Source of the DNA: Macrostomum lignano
Taxonomy: Eukaryota
Direction of reading: 5' to 3'
DNA length: 26,299 bases
Assembly: GCA_002269645.1 (NCBI GenBank)
Contig: NIVC01005100.1
Location: 1 to 26,299 of the forward strand
In this document: positions 1-10,488 of the stretch, in pieces
How the letters are laid out: every line of letters begins with the position of its first letter
How positions within the stretch are numbered: the stretch's first letter is position 1
The notes under the pieces: generated by a model
Seen by the model: the letters and a program-made list of their open reading frames with translations, nothing else
Databases searched by the model: none
What the model was told of the DNA's origin: nothing
Translations under genes and position numbers: made by a program

Positions 1-13
1 TTTCTGCATCCGC

Positions 14-696
14 ATATGATTGAGCAGTTTGAGTTCTGGTGCGGATGAACCGCTAAGCTGTTGATTTGGCTGAATATGATTGAGCAGTTGAGTTCTGGTG
101 CGGGATGAGCCGCTAAGCTGTTGATTTTGCTGAATATGATTGAGCAGTTTGAGTTTGGTGCGGGATGAGCCGCTAAGCTGTTGATTTTGCTGAATATGAT
201 TGAGCAGTTTGAGTTCTAGTGCGGGATGAACCGCTAAGCTGTTGATTTGCTGAATATGATTGAGCAGTTTGAGTTCTGGTGCGGGATGAGCCGCTAAGCT
301 GTTGATTTTGCTGAATATGATTGAGCAGTTGAGTTTTGGTGCGGGATGAGCCGCTAAGCTGTTGATTTTGCTGAATATGATTGAGCAGTTGAGTTCTGGT
401 GGATGAGCCGCTAAGCTGTTGATTTGCTGAATATGATTGAGCAGTTTGAGTTTGGTGCGGGATGAGCCGCTAAGCTGTTGATTTGGCTGAATATGATTGA
501 GCAGTGAGTTTTGGTGCGGGATGAGCCGCTAAGCTGTTGATTTGGCTGAATATGATTGAGCAGTTGAGTTCTGGTGCGGGATGAGCCGCTAAGCTGTTGA
601 TTTTGCTGAATATGATTGAGTAGTTGAGTTCTGGTGTGGGATGAGCCGCTAAGCTGTTGATTTGCTGAATATGATTGAGCAGTCTGAGTTCTGGTG
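14..696. repeat. ~60-bp tandem minisatellite, ~11.5 copies
   Basis: ATATGATTGAGCAG recurs at 14, 74, 134, 194, 254, 315, 375, 431, 491, 550, 610 and 669. Consensus is approximately ATATGATTGAGCAGTTTGAGTTCTGGTGCGGGATGAGCCGCTAAGCTGTTGATTTTGCTGA. Confidence 0.97.
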
Positions 697-1864
697 GGTT
701 ATTTTGCACAGACTGACGTTTTGTTGTAAATATTCGTTGCATAGCTAAACAATGCTTGTGTTCACTTTAGCCGATTTCTCTTGCACTTCAATGCGTGCTG
801 CCCAAATTTACTGACCCAATCCATTGTTGATATCTACTTAGGTTTTTTTTCTCTAAAGCTATCGCATAAGCGCAATAATTATATGTAACTGTGTCCACTT
901 TTGCCAACATTTGGCTCTGTCTAGCAGCTCTAGACCAATAATGATATTCTAACTTGTATACACAATACGTGTACGTGTATATCTCTTGTTGCAGTCTTTT
1001 CTGATATTGAGATGATTGAGTCCCACAGGGGAGACTGCTGCCTGAATCTGTGCCCATTCAGTACCCAAGTGGCCCGACTCATGGACTCTTTACTTCGACG
1101 GTATTTCCGGAGCGAATTCTTCCGTGGGTACCGATTAACTAATGAGATTGATTAACTAGTACTTTAAAGCGGTATCTTGGGTTTTTTTATTTCACTGAAG
1201 CTAATTTACTTCCAGTAATACTGCATTGGCATATTGTACGACGTAATATCGTCCATAAGATAAGTGCAACTCTGAATCGTCGGATGCCAACATGCCAACA
1301 AGTCGACAAATTCGTCCCGAATGCTCATTTACATGAAAAGTGCTATAAATGTACATGCAGACCCAAGTGAGCAAGGCCAAAGGAGCACATACATTTATGA
1401 ATAAACTTATCGGGTGGCGGCACATAGAGAAAGCACGGCACAGCCCCGGAGGTGACTGAAAGCTGACATCTGTTCAAGGATTTTTAAGGTGATTAATAAG
1501 TTTAAAAGGACTTCGCGTTTAGAAAGCTTTGCTCGTTTGAGTTTCTAGCTTAATTTAATGTTTACGTGCACTAGCTAGCTCCTAATATTTTATTTAAACC
1601 GCACTGCACTGCCCTGCTTTGTTGCAGCGCTATGCTCGTAGCAAGGACAACAAGGCAATTATTATTATGTTTAAAATAATGACAAGACCAATTTAACATG
1701 AAAAATCGATTAATGCGTCGTTAGAGCAGCATGTAAAGCACAAAATAGTGTGATTAGAACTTTCTCTGACACTGTTAAGAGACCCATGCAATCACTGTTT
1801 TAGTGTTGAAAATCGTGAAATTTCCTATATCCGTAGTGTATTTTCTCATGAAACCTGCCTTTAA

Positions 1865-1924
1865 AACTATTTCTGAACGAAAAGCTTTATGAATAACTAT
1901 TTCTGAACGAAAAGCTTTATGAAT
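1865..1924. repeat. Perfect 30-bp tandem duplication
   Basis: AACTATTTCTGAACGAAAAGCTTTATGAAT at 1865-1894 and 1895-1924. Confidence 0.95.
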
Positions 1925-2602
1925 GGTCGATAGAGCAATAAGAATTAAGGCACAACATATCACAAGATGAACACTGGATCTGCCTCCTATCAAAAGCAAA
2001 AACAAATTTTGTGCTGAAAAATTAAAACCTCCTATCTCTGTAGTGTATTTTTGGCGAAAAGTTACCTTCAAAACATTTACCATAGATTTCGAGTGTTGCG
2101 TCCTATATGTTACTTTGAGTAGTCCTTGGCCCGTAGCTGCCTACCGTTGTACTGTGGTAGTGGGACTAGCTGATACTTTGTGTTTCTGTTTGGGGCGTCT
2201 ATTTGAATGGCTCTTTGCATCTGCCGAAGTTTTTTGTACATGTATCTACCCGTCGAGTGCATGGCCCCACTCGTAGCCGAGTTTTTACGAATTCCAATAG
2301 ATGGTCCTTTATACTGTGCCACGCAAGCTCCGCGTTTTACTGTGCCAACAGCGCGGTGGTCACGCTGTTGGTCCCGCGGAGGGCCGAGGCTAAAATTCCG
2401 CCACGGATGGACCATGCGATGGACCATGTCCTGCAGGATCAATTTTTTCCTTTTGACTTCTAATATACATCATGTGGTAAGCAGGCTCTATTAATGTACA
2501 TATTCTTTCTCATTTTCTCAGTTTTTTATCTTAATTTGTATTTTAATACCACTGCACAGGCCATGCAGTCATTATATTTGCAGAGCCATTTTATTTGCGC
2601 AC

Positions 2603-4328
2603 TGGAGCCTCCTGTACACGTCGGCAGACGACCGCAGCCGGGGCGGTGTCGGCGTGCAGATCGGACCGCGCCTTCGGCAGAGCGTGCACTGCGCTTCGCT
2701 GTCCCCGCGACTGATGCGGGTCGACCAGCGCCTGCGCGCCTTCTGCATCCGGCTGTTCTGTGCGTATGCACCCACCGCTGCTCACCCCGAGGAGGCTCGT
2801 GCCTTCTTCGACTTCCTGGCTGGGCAGCTGGAAGAGGTGCCAAACCGCGACACGCTGGCGGTGCTCGGAGACCTGAACGCAGTTCCGCGGCGGTCCGAGT
2901 GCTCACCCTTTGTCGCGGGACGCGAGAACAAAGGTTTCATGAACCGCGTGCTCGCCGGCGCTTCTGCGACCACTGAGTGGACCGTCGAGCACATCGTGCC
3001 GATCCCGAAGAAGGCAGGGACAACGCGGAAAGAAGACCACCGCGGGATCTCACTGATGTCCTGCACCACGAAGCTCTTCAACCGGCTGCTGCTCGATCGT
3101 CTGCAGTCGGTGCTGGACGGCCATAGCTGCGGTACGAGCAGAACGGATTCCGGCCGCAACGCGGCACAGTGACACGACACAGATCCTTGCACTCCGCCGC
3201 GCCGTGTCATCGAAGAGGCGCGCATCCGCCAGTCTACGCTGATCACATTGTCTTCGTTGACTTTCGAAAGGCGTTTGACTCGGTGTTGAGAGCCGCGCTC
3301 CCCTTTGTCCTTCGAGCCTACCGGGGTACCCCAGTAGCTAATCGACGCTGTCATGGCGCTGTATCGCGACACTCAAGCTGCTGTGGTGACGGCGGACGGC
3401 TTGATACTTCATTAGGAGTTCTGCAGGGCGATACGCTGGCGCCGTTTCTCTTCGTGTTGCTGCTGGACTGGGTGCTTTGGACCGCACTCCCCTCGGCTGA
3501 CGACGGCTTCCTGCTACGCAGACGCATCGGTCACCGCCACGGCGAAAAGAGCCTGAGCGTGCTTGGCTACGCCGACGACCTCGCCTTCCTGTCCTCGTCC
3601 GTTGAAGGCGCCCAGCGCCAGATCGACAGGTTGGTCGAGGTGGCATCGAGCATCGGACTGGTTGTCAACACGCTGAAGACCGAGATGCTGACTGTGCCGG
3701 CCGACATCCCAGCGGACCTGACATGCCGCGGCAGAAGGGCAGACGACCACGCTTGCACGCTGCCAGCGGTTCGCCTACCTTGGCGGTCTGGTACCCCACG
3801 TGGACGAAGACCTCCGGCAGAGAACTTGCCTGGGCTGATCCGGAAAAAGAACTTGATCCGGGCCGTCGTCCAGTCCGAAGCGCTGCGCCCGACCGTCAGA
3901 GGGCTCGGCTGTGGCAGGCGCGCGGTGGTCGAAACCATCCTGCTCTACGGTCGTACAACGCCGAGACGTGGACGCTGATGGCTACGCTGGAGCGGCAGCT
4001 GGACTCGGTGCACTCAGGGCTGCTCCATGCGGCCTTTCGAGCTGATAAGAGCTTCGGACCGAGGCCCGTACGATCGGGCCAAGCTGCAGCGCCCGTCATC
4101 ATCCTGCGCCGGCGGCGACTACAACTGGCGGGCCACGTGATCCGGGCCGAAGGCTACTGCCCCCAATCTGTTCAGGACATCCTGCTGCTCACGCTGCAGG
4201 GCCCACTCAGGCGGGCTCAAGCCCAAACCCGTCGATACGTGGACTGCCTCCTACGCGACGCCGGGGCGCCCGACACTGCCAACGGGGCGGACTTCGTCCG
4301 CTCTCAGGCTCTGCGGCGCGCCATCTGA
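2603..4328 (+). pseudogene. Frameshifted endonuclease/reverse-transcriptase pseudogene
   Basis: Endonuclease: LLYTSAD..RGGVG, IRLFCAYAPT, VLGDLNA. RT: IVPIPKK..RGISLMS..KLFNRLL, FVDFRKAFDSV, GVLQGDTLAPFLF, YADD, GLVVNTLKTE. The motifs are split across ORFs 2654-3172, 3169-3978 and 3723-4328, and the endonuclease C-terminus and linker are missing. Confidence 0.9.
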
Positions 4329-4390
4329 CGCACCCTGCTTTGTGACTTTGCTTGCGGGGCTGCGTAATTTGTTGTTGTTGTTTGTTGTTT
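2603..4390 (+). mobile_element. Degenerate 5'-truncated non-LTR retrotransposon, RTE/RTE-X-like
   Basis: GC-rich segment with APE-endonuclease motifs, RT motifs, an RTE-like C-terminus (LAGHVIR), a stop at 4328, a short 3' UTR and a (GTT)n tail at 4369-4390. Candidate TSD TTTAATACC at 2542-2550 and 4388-4396. Confidence 0.88.
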
Positions 4391-6625
4391 AATACCTTTA
4401 ATTATTTTTCACTCCTTAATGATCTCATCTCAACTTTCACTTTTCCCACAATACTTAACTTCTGCTAAGCGCTAGCGCGACCCCGCAACCGCGGCACTGC
4501 CGAACATCAAATGGAAGTCGCGTATGATAAATATGCATACATTTGATGGGTTTCGACCTTCCGGCCCCCTTGTGGGGGAGCCTTTGGGCCTTGGGTCTCA
4601 GAAATAAATCAATTAGAGTCCTGGCCCCCCACTCCTGTCAGATGGTCAGCCCCATGGTAGCTTGATCGTGTGGCGAGCAGCCTAGGTCCTATAGCTAAGA
4701 GAGGGACAGCGAGAGACAAGCAGGGAGAATTTTGAAAGTAGAAATTAGTTAATCCGCAGATTAGCTAACTCGCTGCCACCAGCCCGTGCGTCCAGGCTCA
4801 CCACACCGGGACTCTCGAAATCGGGCTTCCGACTAGAAGGTGCACTTACCTGCCAACTAGTGTCTTTTTGCTGTCAATCTCGAAGTCATAGCCGATGATA
4901 AGGGACACTGCTGGGACTAGATCGCATTGGCCATGCAGGTACAGAGGGGACTTGTGCAGGGGATCCTTGCGGTGGCGAGTCTATGGGTAGCTACATGTAC
5001 TATTACATTGCTAAATACGAAGATATGTACTTTTGGCCTTCAACGCGCCAACTAGCCTCTCATAGCGCTGATGATAGGCTAACTCGAACTTCAGAAACCG
5101 CATGATTCATTACCCGAGCCGCTTGGCGAATCTAGAGTGCACAGAGTACATCTCTGGAGCCGATTCTGCACTATTGGCAATTTCGCTAACTGATTTGATA
5201 GATTGATCGACTGAGAATTGCCTTGCCATTGGTCTACTGTGACCGGCGCCTATACTAGCTTAGCTATTCATCCGAGCCATCGGCGAACAAAGAAATAAAA
5301 CCGATAAAAATAACTGTCAGATTTAACCTTCTCCTCAGATCACTTCACACTTCAGATTGAATTGGAGTTTTAGACTACTATAGCAGTATTATTGAATGAC
5401 TTCTGCCTCAGCAACAGCACTACTGAACAAAAAGAGCAAAAGTGTGCGCCTAATCCATGCAGCTACTGAACAGGGGACAGATAAGGAATCACCCAATCAA
5501 GCAAGTCTAGGCAGCCTCTCACCCAACCAATCAGAAACTCAACGGCCGGAGACCAGGTAATCCACAGTGACCGAATCGGCTTAGTGCTTCGCAGCTGTAG
5601 ACCCGGGATGGTGCTGATGTCACGGTCTTCGCAGATAGCTAGCAGGTGATGCTCTTAACTTTGATGTTCGCTGCTGATGACCGGGGGGACTCGTCCTTGA
5701 TGATGATGGGGGAGGTCGCAATCCGGGGATCAAGAAACGACGGTCGCGCTCCGGGATGTCTCAAGCTAGGCTAAGGTCCCAGGAGGAGTTGGTCCAAGCG
5801 GGCCAAAAACACCGGTTTAAATAGCCGCCAATTGGACCGCAGTTTGTTATAATGGAACACGTCGATTCTGATTGGCTGAGCCGATTTGTTAAAATGAGCG
5901 CCGAATTTTCTGATTGGCTAAGCTTGTTGCTACCCAGAATCATGTGACCGGGAGATCCTATCAGTTCCCACAGGGTCGTAAAAACATGACAGGTGCGGCC
6001 ATAAATCAATCAAAATCGCAACAAAATGATTTATGACTTTTCGCGTAGGATTGACAGAAATTAATGAAAAAATATACACTATAGAAAGCTCTTATTAAAT
6101 AGAAAGTGAAGATAATGAAGAGAAATCACTAATCGCTAATCCCAAAGTACTTTTAGGGGTAAAACGCATAGCTGTCAAAGCTGTCACACGCTTGAGTGAA
6201 CACGAACAATAGGCTCTGACCTCATAAATCTTGATGGCCTGTCAAAATGATGAGAAACAAGCTACCGCCCGCATCCTCTCAGACCATCTGGCGCCCGCCT
6301 CAACACTGAGTGAGGCACAGGTGGCTGTCAGACCAGCTTTGAAAGCGATGATTTATGGCCCAAAAAGCTGCGCCTATGTTATTATGACTACTAGTATGAC
6401 CAAACATTATATCTAGTATATAGATTCTATGACAATTTCCAGAAATAGGATAAAAATGCTCATTGCCCACTGTTAGTAGGCTAGTAAGCTTAGAGCCCAT
6501 GTGCTAGCGCGGGATTTGGAAAGTGCGTCCTCATCACATTTACATGTAAATAATAAGCCACATTTATTACATGTACGCAGCTCAGTTCGTTATACCGAAG
6601 TCCGTACGTCTTGTCGAGTTCTTCG

Positions 6626-6770
6626 CGGTGCATGGATCCAGAAATTTTTGTAGGGGCCAAATAAGCAAAAAATGAAAATACTTTCCCCGGAACCCCTTAA
6701 TTACAGTGCATGTATATGCATGCCCAGCCTCAGCAAAAAAGGGGCGCCCCCCCCCCTGGATCCGCCGCTG
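6626..6770. mobile_element. Decayed short TIR element (MITE-like), possibly related to the 7758-8188 element
   Basis: Left end CGGTGCATGGATCCAG; reverse complement of right end CAGCGGCGGATCCAG. One end continues AAATTTTT and the other GGGGGG, as in the 7758 element. No TSD found. Confidence 0.45.
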
Positions 6771-7655
6771 CACTGAATTCTTTGCCCGTCGACAGGCAGT
6801 CGCTATTAAAAACGACTTTTACAACTCTTCGAAATTGCTTTTTGCTCTGAGAAATACGCGGTAATTTCGGTGATGGCAGTTTCACGCGACTTACAGTAGT
6901 AGACAGTAGTATACAGTATTGACACAATCAATTTTCAACTATTTTGACACAATCGTGTAAAATTTCGAGTCTCAAAGTCAATCCTGAACGGCGCTATGCA
7001 CTTTTAAAGTTAGTCTGCTTTTTTCAGCGAGACAGCCACCCCAACCTCCGCCCGCCTGCCTCTCCCGATCTGGGCCCAGATGTGTAAAAGGGTTTCAAAA
7101 TTGACTAACTTTCAGCTGCCATAAGTTTGCTCCACGTAAAGCGATTGACTTCAAACTTGACACAATTCTTCATTGACTCATTCTCTGTCTAAATGTAAAG
7201 TTTCAACTCTGTAACTCAACCGAAAAAGAAACTGTAAGCATGTGAAGTTTGTCTGCTTTTTCTGTTGTTTGTGCCACTCACTCACTCATTCCCCCAGAGC
7301 CAGACGAAGGGTCAGGCGATAGGGCTCAATGTACATAGCGAATGTACAGTGTTTTGGAATAACTTTATTTATAACCTTCTCTGCACCCCGAGAGTGGAGA
7401 GGCTACGTTTAGCCATAACAGTTTAGTGAGAAACTAGCAATCTACGCCCCCCGTTGGGGAGCCAAAGAAATGCAATACACGTTTTTTTAATAAGCTACAT
7501 GTATCCTTGAAATCTTAAAAAATCTCCTGTCAAACCTTGTTAGCCTTGACATGTCAGTTATCCCCCCCACAAGCTTTAACATATCAACTTCCCCCCTTGA
7601 CATCTCAGCAATGCCCCCAATAAGCCTTGGAAATCTAAAAATATCTGTCAACCTT

Positions 7656-7700
7656 CTAACCCTAACCCTAGCCTAACCCTAACCCTAACCCTAACCCTAA
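7656..7700 (-). repeat. Interstitial telomere-like (TTAGGG)n tract, copy 1
   Basis: CTAACCCTAACCCTAGCCTAACCCTAACCC... on the + strand. Confidence 0.9.
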
Positions 7701-7757
7701 AGCATTGAAATTTCAGTAATTCTCTCTAAGAGTCATTATAGCACTACTACAGCATTA

Positions 7758-8188
7758 CAGGGGCGTAGCCAGAGGGGGTCAAGGGGGGCCGTGGCCCCCC
7801 CATAATCACCAACTCTGGCCTTGGCGCCCCCCCCCTAAAAGAAACTGGCGCCCCCCCCCTAAAAGAAACTGGCGCCCCCCTCCTAAAAGAAACTGGCGCC
7901 CCCCTAAAAAAAACTGGCGCCCCCCTAAAAGAAACTGGAGCCCCCCTTAAAGAAACTGGCGCCCCCCCCTCCTAAAAGAAACTGGCGCCCCGTATAAGAA
8001 ACTGGCGCTCCCCCCCTAAAATAAACTGGCGCCCCCCTAAAAGAAACTGGCGCCCCCTAAAAGAAACTGGCGCCCCCCTAAAAGAAAATGGCGCCCCCCC
8101 TACAAGAAACTGGCGCGCCCCCCTATAAGAAGCTGGCGCCCCCTAACTCAAGGCCCCCCCCCAAACAAAATTCCTGGCTACGCCCCTG
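7758..8188. mobile_element. hAT-type MITE (431 bp) inserted in Helitron copy 1
   Basis: Perfect 15-bp TIR CAGGGGCGTAGCCAG (7758-7772 and 8174-8188) and perfect 8-bp TSD CAGCATTA (7750-7757 and 8189-8196). The empty site (CAGGATTA, e.g. 13027-13034) is present in copies 2-4. Confidence 0.92.
7822..8145. repeat. ~20-25 bp minisatellite inside the MITE, ~15 copies
   Basis: Repeated AAAAGAAACTGGCG(C)nT with a variable C-run. Confidence 0.93.
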
Positions 8189-8836
8189 CAGCATTATAGC
8201 GATTCCTTGCAAGCCTCAACATCGTAGGGATTCCCAAATGAATCTCTTAACTTCGACATGAAGCTTCTTTTATTTTTTACATTACGCTTTTTTATCAGCG
8301 ATCCCTCCCCTGAGGAGGCATCAAATAATGTAATAAAAATTTTTCAATAAACTACATGTAGCTTCTGACTTTAGCCTTGAAATCTCATTTATACCCCCGT
8401 GAGCCTTGACATCTTAGCTATTCCCCCCGTAAGCCTTAACATGTCAGCGATGGCCCCCATAAACCTAGCAATTCCCAAATGAATCTTTTAACTTCGACAT
8501 GACTTTTCTTTATGTATACATAGTGCTACTTTTATTTTTTACATGACTTTTCTTCTATCAGCGCCCCCCCGTGACGAGCCAACAAAGAATGCAATAAAAA
8601 TGGAGTAAAGTACATGAACTTTGAAGTAGCTTCTGACTTTTGCTTTGACATCTCAGAAACCCCCCCCCCGTAATCTCAGTTATTCTCTGAGAGCCTTTAC
8701 GTCTCAGTTTTTCTCCCCAGCACAGCATTATAGCTGCATTTAATTTTTACATGAACCCTTCATGTCTGACATGACGCTTCTTTTATTCTACCATGATGCT
8801 TCTTAATTTTTTAAATGACACTTTCATTAGTTTTAA

Positions 8837-9937
8837 ATGAGGCTTCTATGATTTTTTCTTGACGCTTCTATGATTTTTACATGACGCTTCTATGATTGTT
8901 TACATGACGCTTCTACGATTTTTTACATGACGCTTCTATGATTGTTTACATGACGCTTCTATGATTGTTTACATGACGCTTCTATGATTGTTTACATGAC
9001 GCTTCTATGATTTTTTACATGACGCTTCTATGATTGTTTACATGACGCTTCTATGATGTTTTACATGGCGCTTCTATGATTGTTTACATGACGCTTCTAT
9101 GATTGTTTACATGACGCTTCTATGATTGTTTACATGACGCTTCTAAGATTTTTTACATGACGCTTCTATGATTTTTTACATGACGCTTCTATGATTGTTT
9201 ACATGACGCTTCTATGATTTTTAAATGACGCTTCTATGATTGTTTACATGACGCTTCTACGATTTTTATATGACGCTTCTATGATTTTTTAAATGACGCT
9301 TCTATGATTTTTTAAATGACGCATCTATGATTTTTATATGACGCTTCTATGATTTTTTAAATGACGCTTCTATGATTGTTTACATGACGCTTCTATGATT
9401 TTTTACATGACGCTTCTATGATTTTTTAAATGACGCTTCTATGATTTTTATATGACGCTTCTACGATTTTTTACATGACGCTTCTATGATTGTTTACATG
9501 ACGCTTCTATGATTTTTTAAATGACGCTTCTATGATTGTTTACATGACGCTTCTACGATTTTTATATGACGCTTTTATGATTTTTTAAATGACGCTTCTA
9601 TGATTTTTTACAAGACGCTTCTATGATTTTTTACATGACGCTTCTATGATTGTTTACATGACGCTTCTATGATTGTTTACATGACGCTTCTATGATTGTT
9701 TACATGACGCTTCTATGATTGTTTACATGACGCTTCTACGATTTTTATATGACGCTTCTATGATTTTTTAAATGACGCTTCTATGATTTTTTACAAGACG
9801 CTTCTATGATTTTTTACATGACGCTTCTATGATTGTTTACATGACGCTTCTATGATTGTTTACATGACGCTTCTATGATTGTTTACATGACGCTTCTATG
9901 ATTGTTTACATGACGCTTCTATGATTTTTTACATGAC
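8837..9937. repeat. 21-23 bp satellite array 1 (CATGACGCTTCTATGATTGTTTA)
   Basis: Direct tandem monomers of 23 bp with shorter T-run variants. Confidence 0.97.
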
Positions 9938-10488
9938 CTCAACCCACACCTGACCTAAACCTATCTTTAACCCAACCTAAAGCCTTGAAATCTCAGCAAT
10001 TCTTCTCCCCTAAGCCTTGGCATTTTAGTGTTTCCTTCTTTAAGAATCACAGCACTATAACGATTTCCACCAAGCTTTGACATCGTAGCAATTCCCAAAT
10101 GAATCTTTTAACTTCGACATGACTTTTCTTATATGTATACATAGTGCTACTTTTATTTTTTACATGACTCTGCTTCTATCAGCGCCCCCCCTGTGGCGAG
10201 CCAACAAAGAATGTAATAAAAATTGAGTAAAGTACATGAACTTTGAAGTAGCTTCTGACTTTTGCTTTGACATCTCAGAGACCCCCCACCTGTAATCTCA
10301 GTTATTCTCTGTGAGCCTTGACGTCTCAGTAATTCTCCCCAGCACAGCACTGTACTATAGCTTCATTTAACTTTTATATGACACCTTTCATGTCTGACAT
10401 GACGCTTCTTTTAATTTTTACATGACGCTTCTTTTATTCTTCCATTATTCTTCTTAATTTATTAAATGACACTTTCATTAGTTTTTAA

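Noticed and set aside
470-742. 90-aa ORF with 20-aa repeats
   Set aside because: It is a by-product of the 60-bp minisatellite; other monomers have frameshifting indels.
788-1425. Short ORFs 788-1057 and 1201-1425
   Set aside because: No recognisable motif, and lengths expected by chance.
2043-2494. Four overlapping 77-110 aa ORFs
   Set aside because: No recognisable domain, and they conflict with one another.
2494-4102. Antisense and off-frame ORFs over the retrotransposon
   Set aside because: Shadow ORFs of GC-rich RT coding sequence.
4563-4582. GGCCCCCTTGTGGGGGAGCC resembling the Helitron 3' hairpin
   Set aside because: No CTAG at the expected distance and no arm homology.
5068-5100. 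CTGATGA...GAAAC hammerhead-like words (also at ~5675-5740)
   Set aside because: No convincing stem II closes between the motifs.
5490-5925. Cluster of CCAAT/ATTGG boxes
   Set aside because: No associated gene or transcription start can be supported.
6930-7270. Repeated AAGTT.GTCTGCTTTTT and motifs reminiscent of non-autonomous DNA elements
   Set aside because: No termini or TSD could be defined.
7656-7700. True chromosome end
   Set aside because: The tracts are short, internal and embedded at a fixed position in a repeated element.
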